From Candidatus Bathyarchaeota archaeon (GTDB taxonomy: Archaea > Thermoproteota > Bathyarchaeia > Hecatellales > Hecatellaceae): a stretch of 64,000 nt of DNA. The notes under the pieces are model-generated. The model ran no database searches, was not told the DNA's origin, and was given only the letters and a program-made list of their open reading frames with translations. Shown one piece after another: positions 21,109-30,893 of the stretch; position 1 is the stretch's first letter, and every line of letters begins with the position of its first letter. The stretch is taken from NCBI GenBank assembly GCA_052246995.1, contig JBQPWD010000002.1:1-64000 (forward strand). The letters run 5' to 3'. Position numbers and translations under genes: made by a program.

Positions 21109-22668
21109 GTGTACCATTTGAAAATTGGTAAGGTTAAGGAAAGCAAAGGGGATATGGTTACCTTTGTTACTACAAATGACAATGTGGATGTTAAATATGG
21201 TCAAATAGTTAAATTTGTTGACAGTGAAGGTAGGAGTTTAAAAACGTACTATGCACGGATAGTTGACGCAGGTAGTTGTTCAACTTTAAGCAATATTGAT
21301 GAGCTTAGAGACTTAATAGGAACTGTAAGAACAATAGGCCCCTACACTCAATGCCGTTACATTAATTCTATCCTTTTCCTTGAGAAAGACGCCTCAAACA
21401 TTGTCAAAGCTCCAACATTAAACCCTGATTATGGTTGGGAGGTTAGGTTTCTTGATGAACATGACTATAACGTTTTAAATATTTCAAGTGGTAAGCTTAA
21501 GCTTGGCTACCTCCGTGTAGGAGACTCCACTTTTAGGAAAATTGTTGGTATAGATGTTAAAAACATACCTAGAATGATGGCTATAGTTGGCCAGATAGGT
21601 TCAGGTAAAACTAATGCTGAACTTGTTTTAAACTCCTCAATAATGTTAACAAACGGTGAAGCCGTAGGCTTAATTTTTGATTTTGCGGGTGAACTTTTAA
21701 CTGGTAAGGGTATAGGAAAAGGTTTAGCAGATTTACCTAATGTTGAAGATAGGCTTGTGTATTTTGGTCTTGAAAAACCAAGAAGAAACATCCCATACCA
21801 GCCTATTTATATAGGCTTAAGAAAACTTTCACCAATCGACTTAGCACACCTTTTTCCCGACCTTTCTTTCCCACAAAAACACTATGCTGAAAAACTTTAC
21901 CGTAAAATAGGCTCTCCAGACTGGATTCCAAAGATAGTTTCTAAGTATCTTGATGAAGATGTTGATGGTGTGATAAAACTTGTTCAAGGACAGAAAAGTG
22001 TTGTTGAAGCCCTTTTAAGGAAGCTTTCAAGCCTCAATGAAAAGGTTTTTATAGACCTTGAATATGACTATGACGTTAGACCACTGATTATTGAAGCTTT
22101 AGCAAACGGTAAAACTGTTCTTGTTGATATTTCAGGTTTACGTGAAGAAACACAAAAGCAAATTGTAACATGGATTACAGCTTCAGTTATAGGCTATTAC
22201 CGTGAACTTTGGCGTAAAGATTTTGAGGCGTGGAAAAGGCTACCGTACCTATTAATAACTCTTGAAGAGGCTCATAAATTTCTTGCAGAAAAAAATACAA
22301 TTTTTTCTGATATAGCTTTAACCTATCGAAAATATAACGTTGGACTAAATGCGGTTACTCCTAGACCCTCAGGGATAAATAGAGATGTTTTTGCTGAGTT
22401 ATGGACAAAAATAATACTTAAAACAACCTTAAAGGAGGATAGGGTGTATCTTGTAGAAAATACTCCATACCTTGAATATTCAGATACTGAGCTTAAAATG
22501 CTTGATGTAGGTGAAGCATTACTAATATCTCAACCAGCAATCCACTTTGCAGTACCAATAAAAATGTTTGATTACAAAGAGTTTGTTGAAGAGTACATGG
22601 AAAAAGATTTTAAACCAAAAGAGAAACATGAAATAAAGTTGTTCTCCGTAGATGAAAATGTAATTTAA
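21109..22668 (+). CDS. herA: HerA/FtsK-family (DUF87) ATPase-helicase
   Basis: N-terminal HAS-barrel-like region, Walker A GQIGSGKT, IFD..GE, Walker B LEEAHKF, RKYNVGL. Confidence 0.85.
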   Translation: MYHLKIGKVKESKGDMVTFVTTNDNVDVKYGQIVKFVDSEGRSLKTYYARIVDAGSCSTLSNIDELRDLIGTVRTIGPYTQCRYINSILFLEKDASNIVKAPTLNPDYGWEVRFLDEHDYNVLNISSGKLKLGYLRVGDSTFRKIVGIDVKNIPRMMAIVGQIGSGKTNAELVLNSSIMLTNGEAVGLIFDFAGELLTGKGIGKGLADLPNVEDRLVYFGLEKPRRNIPYQPIYIGLRKLSPIDLAHLFPDLSFPQKHYAEKLYRKIGSPDWIPKIVSKYLDEDVDGVIKLVQGQKSVVEALLRKLSSLNEKVFIDLEYDYDVRPLIIEALANGKTVLVDISGLREETQKQIVTWITASVIGYYRELWRKDFEAWKRLPYLLITLEEAHKFLAEKNTIFSDIALTYRKYNVGLNAVTPRPSGINRDVFAELWTKIILKTTLKEDRVYLVENTPYLEYSDTELKMLDVGEALLISQPAIHFAVPIKMFDYKEFVEEYMEKDFKPKEKHEIKLFSVDENVI

Positions 22669-22739
22669 AAGTTAACTTTAAACAAAAGAATTTTAAGCAA
22701 GTCAGTAAACTAAATTTTTAGATTGGCATGTTGAATCAT

Positions 22740-22842
22740 GGGCCGGTAGCTCAGCTTGGTTGGAGCACACGGCTGATAACCTGAAATCCAAAAACCTCGG
22801 TCAGAAACCGTGGGGTCGCAGGTTCAAATCCTGCCCGGCCCA
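22740..22842 (+). tRNA. tRNA-Ile(GAT) with a 28-nt intron at canonical position 37/38 (22779-22806)
   Basis: Acceptor GGGCCGG/CCGGCCC; CACGG-CTGATA[intron]A-CCGTG; bulge-helix-bulge formed by CTGA/TCAG helix with TAA and AAA bulges. Confidence 0.95.
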
Positions 22843-23050
22843 CCTAAATTTTAGAAATTTCTTACTCTTATTGGTGATGTACAAATTCAGCAACTTAAAA
22901 CTTTATTCAACTTCTTTTAGTGTTGATTTATTAACTTCTGATAATTAGTGATTGCGGCTTACCTCATGAGTTTTTTAAAAGTTTCCATTTTTTTAACTGA
23001 ATAAAAATTTTTAGATTAAAAAATTTAGAAATAGAATTGTAAAATGTTGT

Positions 23051-23695
23051 TTATTTGTTTGACGTCGGCAATTTATCCGTCTGGCTTGATGGTATTTCTG
23101 GGAATTTTTCACTCATTTTTTGCTCAGCTAGCATACTTGCTTCTTTAAGTATTTTTTGCGCCTCCTCACCAGAGGCAACAACATCAAGTTCAGCGCCCAC
23201 AGCTTCTCCAGCCTCCAAGACTAAGCTGTTCAACGTTTCACTTATTGTTCCAAGCTCATATGATACTTCAGGCATAATTCCTCCAAGCTGACTCTTACAT
23301 GACTGTAAAATTAAAACTATTGGAGACATTGTAACCGCAACATCTCCAAAATCTCTTATAGTTTCAAGTCTAAGTATAACCTGTTCAACAGCCACCTGAC
23401 TTCTAAGAAGAGTTCTAATCATCTTTCTAACCTCAGCACACTCATTAGCATAGATTGCTGCTCTTGAGGAATCTCCTAAACCTTGGGTCTCGGCACACTT
23501 GCCAAAAAGCATTTTTTCTTTTTGCTCCATTTTTGCTATAGTATTTTGAAGTTTATGGTGAATTACCTGTAGGCGGTAAATAGAGTTTGAAAGTCTTTGT
23601 TTTAGTGGAGGCCCTGGATGGATCTTTTCCTTTATTCTTGTAAACATCGATTCATGAGCTTCTCTCTCCCAGTTTTTAATAAGCTTCCCACTCAT
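23051..23695 (-). CDS. ESCRT-III / Snf7-family cell division protein (CdvB1/B2-like, no C-terminal winged helix)
   Basis: PPLKQRL...RAAIYANECAEVRKM...EQVILRLETI..FGDV...IMPEVSYEL; EEAQKILKEA helix and MIM2-like FPEIP tail. Confidence 0.9.
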   Translation of the reverse strand: MSGKLIKNWEREAHESMFTRIKEKIHPGPPLKQRLSNSIYRLQVIHHKLQNTIAKMEQKEKMLFGKCAETQGLGDSSRAAIYANECAEVRKMIRTLLRSQVAVEQVILRLETIRDFGDVAVTMSPIVLILQSCKSQLGGIMPEVSYELGTISETLNSLVLEAGEAVGAELDVVASGEEAQKILKEASMLAEQKMSEKFPEIPSSQTDKLPTSNK

Positions 23696-24129
23696 ATGGA
23701 CACCTCACGCCTTACATAAACCAAAGAATAAGAAAAAGCTTAAGCAGGTCCTTAACGCAATATTTGCATGCAAAATGGAAGTTTTCTTTTTTAAAGACCT
23801 CATAGTGTTTAAACCTTAATGTAAATGTTTAACATTATCTCTTGAACTTTATACTAAAATTTGCCATAAAAAGAAAAATTTTAGTTCCTTGATGAAGGTT
23901 ATACGCTGATAAAAAGCTTAATAAACCTTATGTTAATACCAGGTTTTCCTTCACCTCCTACGTTTTCTCCTGTAAGAGAAGCTTTTCATTGGTTTTATGG
24001 TAAAGTCTACTGGAGGCATTATTCCCGTGTTAGAGGAATGCATGATGGTGCTATCTTTTTATTTTTTGCTGAAGTTTTTCATTAATAACAAGTTTCTTAT
24101 ATTTATGTGCAAATCAGGTTTTGTAAAAG

Positions 24130-24852
24130 GTGAATAAAAGTTTGAGAATTAGGGCTGTGGCCACTGACGTTGATGGAACGTTAACTACCATGGATGGTAA
24201 GCTTTCATGCAAAGCTGTGGAAGCCGTTAGGATGCTTGAAGCTAAGAACATTCCCGTTATCCTTGTTTCAGGTAATGCTTTATGTGTTCTTAAAACTTTA
24301 AAAACCTATATTGGCTGTAGTGGTGCTATTGTTGCTGAAAGTGGGGCTGTTGTTGAGTATAAGGGAAAAATTGAGATTTTAGGTGATGGTGGAAAGGTTA
24401 GGGAAGCTTTAAAAAGGCTTAAGGAAAAGTTTGGTGAACATTTTAAGGAGCGGTGGTCAAACATGTATCGTTATGTTGATGCAGCTTTGGATAGAAATTT
24501 AAAATACGAGGAGGTCTCAAAAGTTTTGGAGGAATTTCCTGAACTACTATTTTTGGATAGCGGTTTTGCCTACCACATTACCGTTAAAGGTTTGGATAAA
24601 GGTGTAGGTTTAACGGTTGCAGCCAAACTTATGGGTTTAAATGTTGAAGATTTTGCTTGTGTAGGAGACAGTGATGTTGACGTTGCAATGTTCAAGGTTT
24701 CAGGATTTAAGATTGCATTAGCAAACTCAAGTAAAGAGTTGAAGCTTTTAGCAAACTATGTAACGTTAAAAAGCGGTGGTGAAGGTTTTGCTGAAGCAGC
24801 AGAAAAAATCCTATTTATGCTTGGTAAGGGAGGTAATGTTAATGAAGATTGA
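24130..24852 (+). CDS. HAD-superfamily phosphoglycolate phosphatase (archaeal SPP-like, subfamily IIB)
   Basis: DVDGTLT, SGN, AESGA, DSGFAYH, DKGVG, GDSDVD. Confidence 0.88.
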   Translation: MNKSLRIRAVATDVDGTLTTMDGKLSCKAVEAVRMLEAKNIPVILVSGNALCVLKTLKTYIGCSGAIVAESGAVVEYKGKIEILGDGGKVREALKRLKEKFGEHFKERWSNMYRYVDAALDRNLKYEEVSKVLEEFPELLFLDSGFAYHITVKGLDKGVGLTVAAKLMGLNVEDFACVGDSDVDVAMFKVSGFKIALANSSKELKLLANYVTLKSGGEGFAEAAEKILFMLGKGGNVNED

Positions 24853-25450
24853 GGATATCTGTTTTGACGGTTCTAGAGGTAAAATTTACTGTACGCTCTA
24901 CAGTAATGGGAAACTTGATGCTGGAGTTGTTTTATGTCCACCTCATCCTCTTTATGGTGGTTCGAGAAACGATATGAGGCTTACATTTTTAGCCAGAAAC
25001 CTAGTTGAAAAAGGTATTACCGCTCTCTGTATTGACTATTTTAAAGAATATAGCTCTGGAGTTGGAGAAGTTCAGGATGTTGTAGACTCAGCATTGTATA
25101 TGTTAAATCACGTTAAAAACTTAGGATTGCTTGGATATTCCTTCGGAGCGGTTGTTGCATCGGTGGTTTCAGTGAAGTTAAGCAACATTAAAGGTTTAGT
25201 TCTAGTTTCACCTGTCGAGAAAATTGATAACCTCAAGATTGAATTATCATCAAACTGTCCAAAACTTTTTATTCATGGAAAATACGACCAGTTTACCAGT
25301 TTAGAAAAGCTTAAAATACTTTATAACAGTGCAAAAGGCAAAAAAGATTGCATAATTTTTGATACCGACCATTTTTACATGGATTTTAACATTTTAAAAG
25401 AGCTTTCAGATAAAATATACAGTTTTTTCTATGAATGTTTTAGAGGTTAG
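24842..25450 (+). CDS. Alpha/beta hydrolase
   Basis: PHPLYGGS, GYSFGA nucleophile elbow, HGKYD, DHF; ATG at 24842 overlaps the upstream stop. Confidence 0.88.
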   Translation: MKIEDICFDGSRGKIYCTLYSNGKLDAGVVLCPPHPLYGGSRNDMRLTFLARNLVEKGITALCIDYFKEYSSGVGEVQDVVDSALYMLNHVKNLGLLGYSFGAVVASVVSVKLSNIKGLVLVSPVEKIDNLKIELSSNCPKLFIHGKYDQFTSLEKLKILYNSAKGKKDCIIFDTDHFYMDFNILKELSDKIYSFFYECFRG

Positions 25451-25455
25451 AATTT

Positions 25456-25878
25456 ATGCGTAAAGTTAACATTTCAAACCTTGTTGGTTTGGAAGCTTTT
25501 GAAGGCGGATTTTACCATAAAAAGTTTGTTGAAGAGTCTTTAAAAGAGAGAACTAAAGTTTTAAAACATTTGTCTATTGAGGACATGATTAAGATTGTGC
25601 CGATTGTTGGTGGAGAGGTTGTTAACCTCAAAATTGGTGAAAGTACTGATTGGGCTGTAATGGTTAAACCCATCCCAAGTTTTGAAATATTTTACATTCT
25701 TCAACGTGGTGAACCTGAATTTGAAGATAAAATTCATGTTTTATTCTCTAAAGATGCGTTAAATCTTGGAATTCCGGCTGAAGATGTTGCTGACTTTGTT
25801 GTTTTGTATGCCAATGCACTTATATATGCTGCAAAAAAAGTGAAAAGTGACCTACCTAAAATTTCAAGATATCTTTAA
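25456..25878 (+). CDS. Conserved hypothetical protein, DUF3786-like
   Basis: GGFY...F, GG...DWA...P, GEPEF...LF, AED pattern recalled for DUF3786. Confidence 0.55.
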   Translation: MRKVNISNLVGLEAFEGGFYHKKFVEESLKERTKVLKHLSIEDMIKIVPIVGGEVVNLKIGESTDWAVMVKPIPSFEIFYILQRGEPEFEDKIHVLFSKDALNLGIPAEDVADFVVLYANALIYAAKKVKSDLPKISRYL

Positions 25879-27633
25879 GTGTGGCTTATGTACGGATGGT
25901 TTGGGAAAGGTTTAAAAATTAACCTTTCAAGTAAAGCCGTAAAAGAGTTTAAGATTGAACAGGATGTTCTGTTAAATTTTGTTGGTGGTAGGGGATTAGC
26001 TGCAAAAATCTTTTATGAGAATGTAAATCCAAGAGTTGACGCATTTTCCGATGAAAACATTCTAATTTTTGCCGTAGGTCCGTTAACAGCAACAAGTATA
26101 CCTACCACCGGAAGATTCACTCTGGCATCTAAATCTCCACTTACAGGAGGATTTTTTTATTCAAGTTGTGGAGGGGTTTTTGGGGCTTCGTTTAAAAAAT
26201 CAGGCTACGATGTTTTAGTTGTTGAAGGTAAAGCTAAAAACCCGGTATACATTCAAATTGATAACGGGGATGTAAAGGTTAGGGATGCATCCAACCTTTG
26301 GAGTAAAACGACAAAAGAAACATTTGAACAATTAAAGAAAGACCTAGGTAAAGATTTTTCTATTGCTTGTATTGGTCCTGCTGGTGAAAACCTTGTAAGA
26401 TATGCTTGTGTTTTTGGCGGTTTAGGAAGTTTTGCTGGTAGGGGTGGTTTAGGTGCTGTTATGGGTTCTAAAAACCTTAAAGCTGTTGCTGTTAGAGGTG
26501 ATAAAAAGGTTAAGGTTGCAAATGAAGATGAAATTTTAAACTTGATGGACGTATTTAAGGTTAGAGTTACGTGGAATCCGGTTTTAAGTAAAGCTTTAGC
26601 CACCTTTGGAACACCAGTATTGCTCGATATAATGAATGAACATGAAATACTTCCAACAAAAAACTTTCAACATGGGAGGTTTGATAAAGCTGAGAAAATT
26701 TCAGCTGAAGCTTTAGGTAAAATAGTTGTTGGTAAGCGAGGCTGTTATGCATGCTCCATAGCTTGTAAAAGAATAACTAAAGCTAAATGGATGATTGGTG
26801 ATGGTCCAGAGTTTGAAACTTTAGGTTCTCTTGGCTCAATGCTTATGATAGATGGTGTTGAGGCTGTTGCTGAACTAAACTACTTATGCAACGATTTAGG
26901 AATGGATACCATATCTACTGGTGGAGTTATAGCTTGCGCAATGGAGCTAAGTGAAAGAGGAATGATAGATGAGAAAGTCAGCTGGGGAGACGTTGAAAAA
27001 GTAAGAAGCTTAATTTACGATATAGCCTATAGGCGAAATTTAGGGTTAGAGCTTGCGGAAGGTTCAAAGATTTTTGCCAAAAAGTATAATGGGGAAATTT
27101 ATGCCATGCACGTTAAAGGTTTAGAGCTTCCAATGTACAATCCGCAAGGAGTTTTAGGTCAAGCTTTAGCTTATGTTACATCAAATAGAGGAGGATGTCA
27201 TTTAAACGCTTACCTTATTAGCGTTGAGGTTTTAGGTTACCCATACCTTATGAACAGGTTTTCAACAGTGGGCAAATCTAGTGTTGTAGTTTACCTTCAA
27301 AATCTCTCAGCCACAATTGATAGCATGATCATCTGCAAGTTTTTAGGATTTGAATTTGATGAAAAAGATTTTGCTGAATACTTAAGGCTTGCTACAGGAG
27401 AAAGGTTTACTCAAGAATCTGTAATAACGATTGGGGAGAGAATTTGGAATCTTGAGAGGGTTCTTAATCTTAAAGCTGGAATTTCCGGTGATGAGGATAA
27501 GCTTCCAGCAAGATTTAACTTAAACATTGATTCAATCCTTAAGGAGTATTACATGATTAGAGGTTGGGATAGTAATGGTGTCCCTTTAAAGGTTAAGCTT
27601 GAAAGTTTAGGTTTGGCTGATTGTTATGCCTAA
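25879..27633 (+). CDS. aor: Tungsten-dependent aldehyde:ferredoxin oxidoreductase family protein (likely start ATG 25888)
   Basis: GGRGL, KSPLTG, IGPAGENLV, GRGGLGAVMGSKNLKA, CYACSIAC, GPEFET, GMDTIS, RGGCH. Confidence 0.93.
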   Translation: MWLMYGWFGKGLKINLSSKAVKEFKIEQDVLLNFVGGRGLAAKIFYENVNPRVDAFSDENILIFAVGPLTATSIPTTGRFTLASKSPLTGGFFYSSCGGVFGASFKKSGYDVLVVEGKAKNPVYIQIDNGDVKVRDASNLWSKTTKETFEQLKKDLGKDFSIACIGPAGENLVRYACVFGGLGSFAGRGGLGAVMGSKNLKAVAVRGDKKVKVANEDEILNLMDVFKVRVTWNPVLSKALATFGTPVLLDIMNEHEILPTKNFQHGRFDKAEKISAEALGKIVVGKRGCYACSIACKRITKAKWMIGDGPEFETLGSLGSMLMIDGVEAVAELNYLCNDLGMDTISTGGVIACAMELSERGMIDEKVSWGDVEKVRSLIYDIAYRRNLGLELAEGSKIFAKKYNGEIYAMHVKGLELPMYNPQGVLGQALAYVTSNRGGCHLNAYLISVEVLGYPYLMNRFSTVGKSSVVVYLQNLSATIDSMIICKFLGFEFDEKDFAEYLRLATGERFTQESVITIGERIWNLERVLNLKAGISGDEDKLPARFNLNIDSILKEYYMIRGWDSNGVPLKVKLESLGLADCYA

Positions 27634-28225
27634 AGTTCCAGAAGAAGTTTACATGGAAATTAGAAGGTATGCTTTAAAGCTTGCTAGACGTGGATATGTT
27701 ACTGCTCATGGTGGAAATATTAGTGTTAGAAGTGGGAATACTGTGTGGATAACCAGACATGCCTCCTCGTTGGAGAATCTAAGGCTTGAAGACATTATCC
27801 AAGTTTATGTTGACAAGCCGTCAAGCTTTGATGCACTAGCTTCAACAGAAACTGTTGTACATAGAAAAATTTATTCTGAAACACCAAACCTTGCCATAAT
27901 TCATGCACACCCTCCAAATACCGTAGCTTTAACATTCTTTTATGATGAAATAACTCCGCTTGATAGCGAAGCATACTATGTGCTAAAAAAGATTCCAGTT
28001 GTTGAAGGTTCACCAGGTTCTGATGAGCTGGCTTTAAATGTTGCAGAAAAACTTAAAACACATTATGCTGTTGCTGTTAGGGCTCATGGAGTGTTTTCAG
28101 CTGCAAAGTATCTTGACATAGCTTACCAGTATATGTGCATGGTTGAACATTCATCAAAGATAATTCTTTTAACAGATGGTCTTAAAAATCTTGGATTGAA
28201 GTTTATCAGGCCAAAAAAATTTTAG
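27626..28225 (+). CDS. Class II aldolase/adducin family (L-fuculose-1-phosphate aldolase-like)
   Basis: GGNISVR, ASTE..VH, IIHAHP, AHG; overlaps the AOR stop. Confidence 0.9.
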   Translation: MPKVPEEVYMEIRRYALKLARRGYVTAHGGNISVRSGNTVWITRHASSLENLRLEDIIQVYVDKPSSFDALASTETVVHRKIYSETPNLAIIHAHPPNTVALTFFYDEITPLDSEAYYVLKKIPVVEGSPGSDELALNVAEKLKTHYAVAVRAHGVFSAAKYLDIAYQYMCMVEHSSKIILLTDGLKNLGLKFIRPKKF

Positions 28226-28270
28226 GCTTTTTAAATTTTCATATAAGTGAAGAGCTAAAAGTTTACAGGG

Positions 28271-29338
28271 ATGGTGGTATACATGTCATCCATGTTTAAT
28301 CTTTTAAAAAAGCTTTCCGAAGCTCCAGGTGTTGCTGGTTTTGAAACTAGCATCAGAAATCTCATTATGGAGGAGCTAAGGGGATACGTTGATTCTATGA
28401 ATGTTGACTCTATGGGTAACCTTGTCACAGTCAAAGGTTCATCAGCTGAAAAATCAATTATGGTTGCCGCCCATATGGATGAGGTAGGCTTGATAGTGAA
28501 GCACGTAGATGAGAAGGGTTTTGTTAGATTTGCCAAACTTGGAGGTATCGCTGACCATGTTTTACTGGGAAACCGTGTTATTATTCATACTTTTAAAGGA
28601 CCTGTACCAGGGGTTATTGGTTGTAAACCAGTTCACCTTATGAAAGAAGATGAGAGAAAACAGCTGGTAGCCTACGAGAAAATGTTTATAGATGTTGGTG
28701 CAAGAAGCCTAGAAGAAATTAAGGAACTTGGCGTAAAAGTTGGAGACCCGGTAACAATAGATAAGCCATTAATTAGGCTTAAAAATAATCTTGTTAGTGG
28801 AAAAGCCTTTGATGATAGAGCTGGCTGCGCAGTTTTGATTGAGGTTTTAAGGAGGTCTAAACCTAAAAGTAAGGTTTACGGAGTTTTTACCGTTCAAGAA
28901 GAAGTGGGCTTGCGCGGTGCAACGGTTTCCGCATTTTCTTTAAATCCTAATGTAGGTTTAGCCATAGACACAACGTTAGCAGCAGACCATCCTGAGGTTG
29001 TTGAACATGAAGCACCGGTAAAAATCGGTTTAGGTCCGGTAATACTTGTGGCTGATGGTAGAAGGGACTCGCTTTCAGGTGGGCTTATATCAAATATAAA
29101 TCTTAGAAACAAGCTTTTAGAGGTTGCTGAGAAGCTCAAAATACCCTATCAAGTTGAGGTTGTCGAAGGTGGAACAACTGATGCAACAGCAATCCAGCTT
29201 AGTAGGCAAGGTATACCTACATGCGTAGTTTCAATACCTTCAAGATATACTCATAGCTTTAGTGAAATTGTAAGCTTAGATGATATGGAAAATCTTGTAA
29301 AACTTTTAACTGCATTTTTAGAAGAGGAAATTCCATAG
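28271..29338 (+). CDS. M42 family (TET) aminopeptidase
   Basis: AAHMDE, KAFDDRAG, QEEVGLRGA, GGTTDA, RYTHS. Confidence 0.93.
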   Translation: MVVYMSSMFNLLKKLSEAPGVAGFETSIRNLIMEELRGYVDSMNVDSMGNLVTVKGSSAEKSIMVAAHMDEVGLIVKHVDEKGFVRFAKLGGIADHVLLGNRVIIHTFKGPVPGVIGCKPVHLMKEDERKQLVAYEKMFIDVGARSLEEIKELGVKVGDPVTIDKPLIRLKNNLVSGKAFDDRAGCAVLIEVLRRSKPKSKVYGVFTVQEEVGLRGATVSAFSLNPNVGLAIDTTLAADHPEVVEHEAPVKIGLGPVILVADGRRDSLSGGLISNINLRNKLLEVAEKLKIPYQVEVVEGGTTDATAIQLSRQGIPTCVVSIPSRYTHSFSEIVSLDDMENLVKLLTAFLEEEIP

Positions 29339-29406
29339 TGGATGTTTTAACTCAACAACCAAACAATATTTAAGTGTTAAAATTTTAGCTAATTTTTATT
29401 TCTAAC

Positions 29407-30174
29407 CTACCTTACGTAGAAAATTTCTTTTAACCACTTAAGAATAACCTCCACAGCATTACTACTTAATCTCAGTTTATGTTGTCCACCCTTAATTATT
29501 ACAAGCTTTTTTGGCTCGTTTGCTTTTTCGTAAAGCTTGTATGCATTTTTAACATCCACAAGCTCATCATTTTCTCCATGTATAATGAGAATAGGTCTTG
29601 GAGAAATTTTTCCAATCCACTTGCTAGGTTCAACAATTAAAAGCTCCTTATAAAGTTCTTTTTCAACATACTCACTTGATAAACCTTTTATTACCTCTGC
29701 TTTTCCAGCCATGGTTATTGTCTTAACTATAAGCTTAGCTTCTTCATCATCATATGTTGGACATGCTCCTGCAACAACAGCCTTAATTCTACCATCCACA
29801 GCGGCTCTGTAAATTGATATTATTGCCCCACCACTAAAACCAACAACAGCTAAACGTTGCTTATCAACTTCACTTTTTTCATGCAAAACATCTATAGCCG
29901 CTTTTAAATCTTTAGCCCAGTTAAGATAGTTAAATTTACCTTTACTTAACCCTACACCTCGAAAATTAAATGTAAATGATATAAATCCTTCCACGGTAAA
30001 TTTTTCAGCTAATTCCGCGTATCCCCGGTCTCCCTCAACTCTTACTGGTGAAGGTATACCATGACAGAAACAAACAGCTGGCTTTGGTTTATATACCATT
30101 TCTGATGGAAAATAGATACTTCCATAAAGTTCTACACCATCTTCACTAAAAAAATTTAATTCTTCCACTTTCAT
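29407..30174 (-). CDS. Alpha/beta hydrolase
   Basis: CHG, FNFRG, GFSGGA, HGENDELV, GGQH. Confidence 0.88.
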   Translation of the reverse strand: MKVEELNFFSEDGVELYGSIYFPSEMVYKPKPAVCFCHGIPSPVRVEGDRGYAELAEKFTVEGFISFTFNFRGVGLSKGKFNYLNWAKDLKAAIDVLHEKSEVDKQRLAVVGFSGGAIISIYRAAVDGRIKAVVAGACPTYDDEEAKLIVKTITMAGKAEVIKGLSSEYVEKELYKELLIVEPSKWIGKISPRPILIIHGENDELVDVKNAYKLYEKANEPKKLVIIKGGQHKLRLSSNAVEVILKWLKEIFYVR

Positions 30175-30329
30175 CTTTTAAACCTCCCCTACCTTTGCCC
30201 TCTAAGGGTTATTTTTAACATTCAATACATACATTAATATTTAGTTAACACTTAATGCACAATTTTTATCTAGCCCGTTGAGGATACCTAATATTTGGCC
30301 TGAAAACTCGCTTAAAGGAGGTTAAACTC

Positions 30330-30887
30330 ATGTTAGTTGAAGCCAGATGGCATGGACGAGGTGGACAGGGCGCTGTAACCGCCGCTGAAATAGTTGCTCA
30401 TGCAGTAATAGATGAGGGAAGGTATGCGCAAGCTTTCCCGTCTTTTGGCCCTGAAAGACGGGGGGCTCCTGTTGTTGCCTTTAACAGGTTTGATGATAAA
30501 CCTATTCATATTAGAAGCGACGTTTACGAGCCTGATGTTGTTGTTGTTTTAGACCCAACGTTAATAAGAGCTGTAAACGTGGTTGAAGGGTTAAAACCTA
30601 ACGGTGTAGTAGTAATAAATACAAAAATAAGTTCAGAGGAGCTTTTAAAAGCCTACGGTTTTTCAAGTTGCAAGGTAGCTGTTGTTGATGCTACACGTAT
30701 AGCTTTAGATGTTATTGGTGTACCTGTGGTTAACACTCCAATGGTTGGGGCATTTGTCAAGGTTACAGGTTTAGTTAAACTTGAATCTATCCTTAAAAGT
30801 GTTAGTGAAAGGTTTAAGGGCAGTATTGGGGAGAAAAACATAGAAGCCGTAATCAAAGCCTATAATACTGTAAGTGTTTGGGGGTAG
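30330..30887 (+). CDS. porC: Pyruvate/2-ketoisovalerate:ferredoxin oxidoreductase gamma subunit
   Basis: HGRGGQG, FGPERRGAPV, NTPMVGA. Confidence 0.93.
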   Translation: MLVEARWHGRGGQGAVTAAEIVAHAVIDEGRYAQAFPSFGPERRGAPVVAFNRFDDKPIHIRSDVYEPDVVVVLDPTLIRAVNVVEGLKPNGVVVINTKISSEELLKAYGFSSCKVAVVDATRIALDVIGVPVVNTPMVGAFVKVTGLVKLESILKSVSERFKGSIGEKNIEAVIKAYNTVSVWG

Positions 30888-30893
30888 AATTTT

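Noticed and set aside
22760-22948. 62-aa ORF on + strand
   Set aside because: Overlaps tRNA-Ile; translation artefact
23889-23910. TGATGA-N10-CTGA upstream of the ESCRT-III gene
   Set aside because: Only half of the C/D architecture and no recognisable target; could be chance or an isolated K-loop
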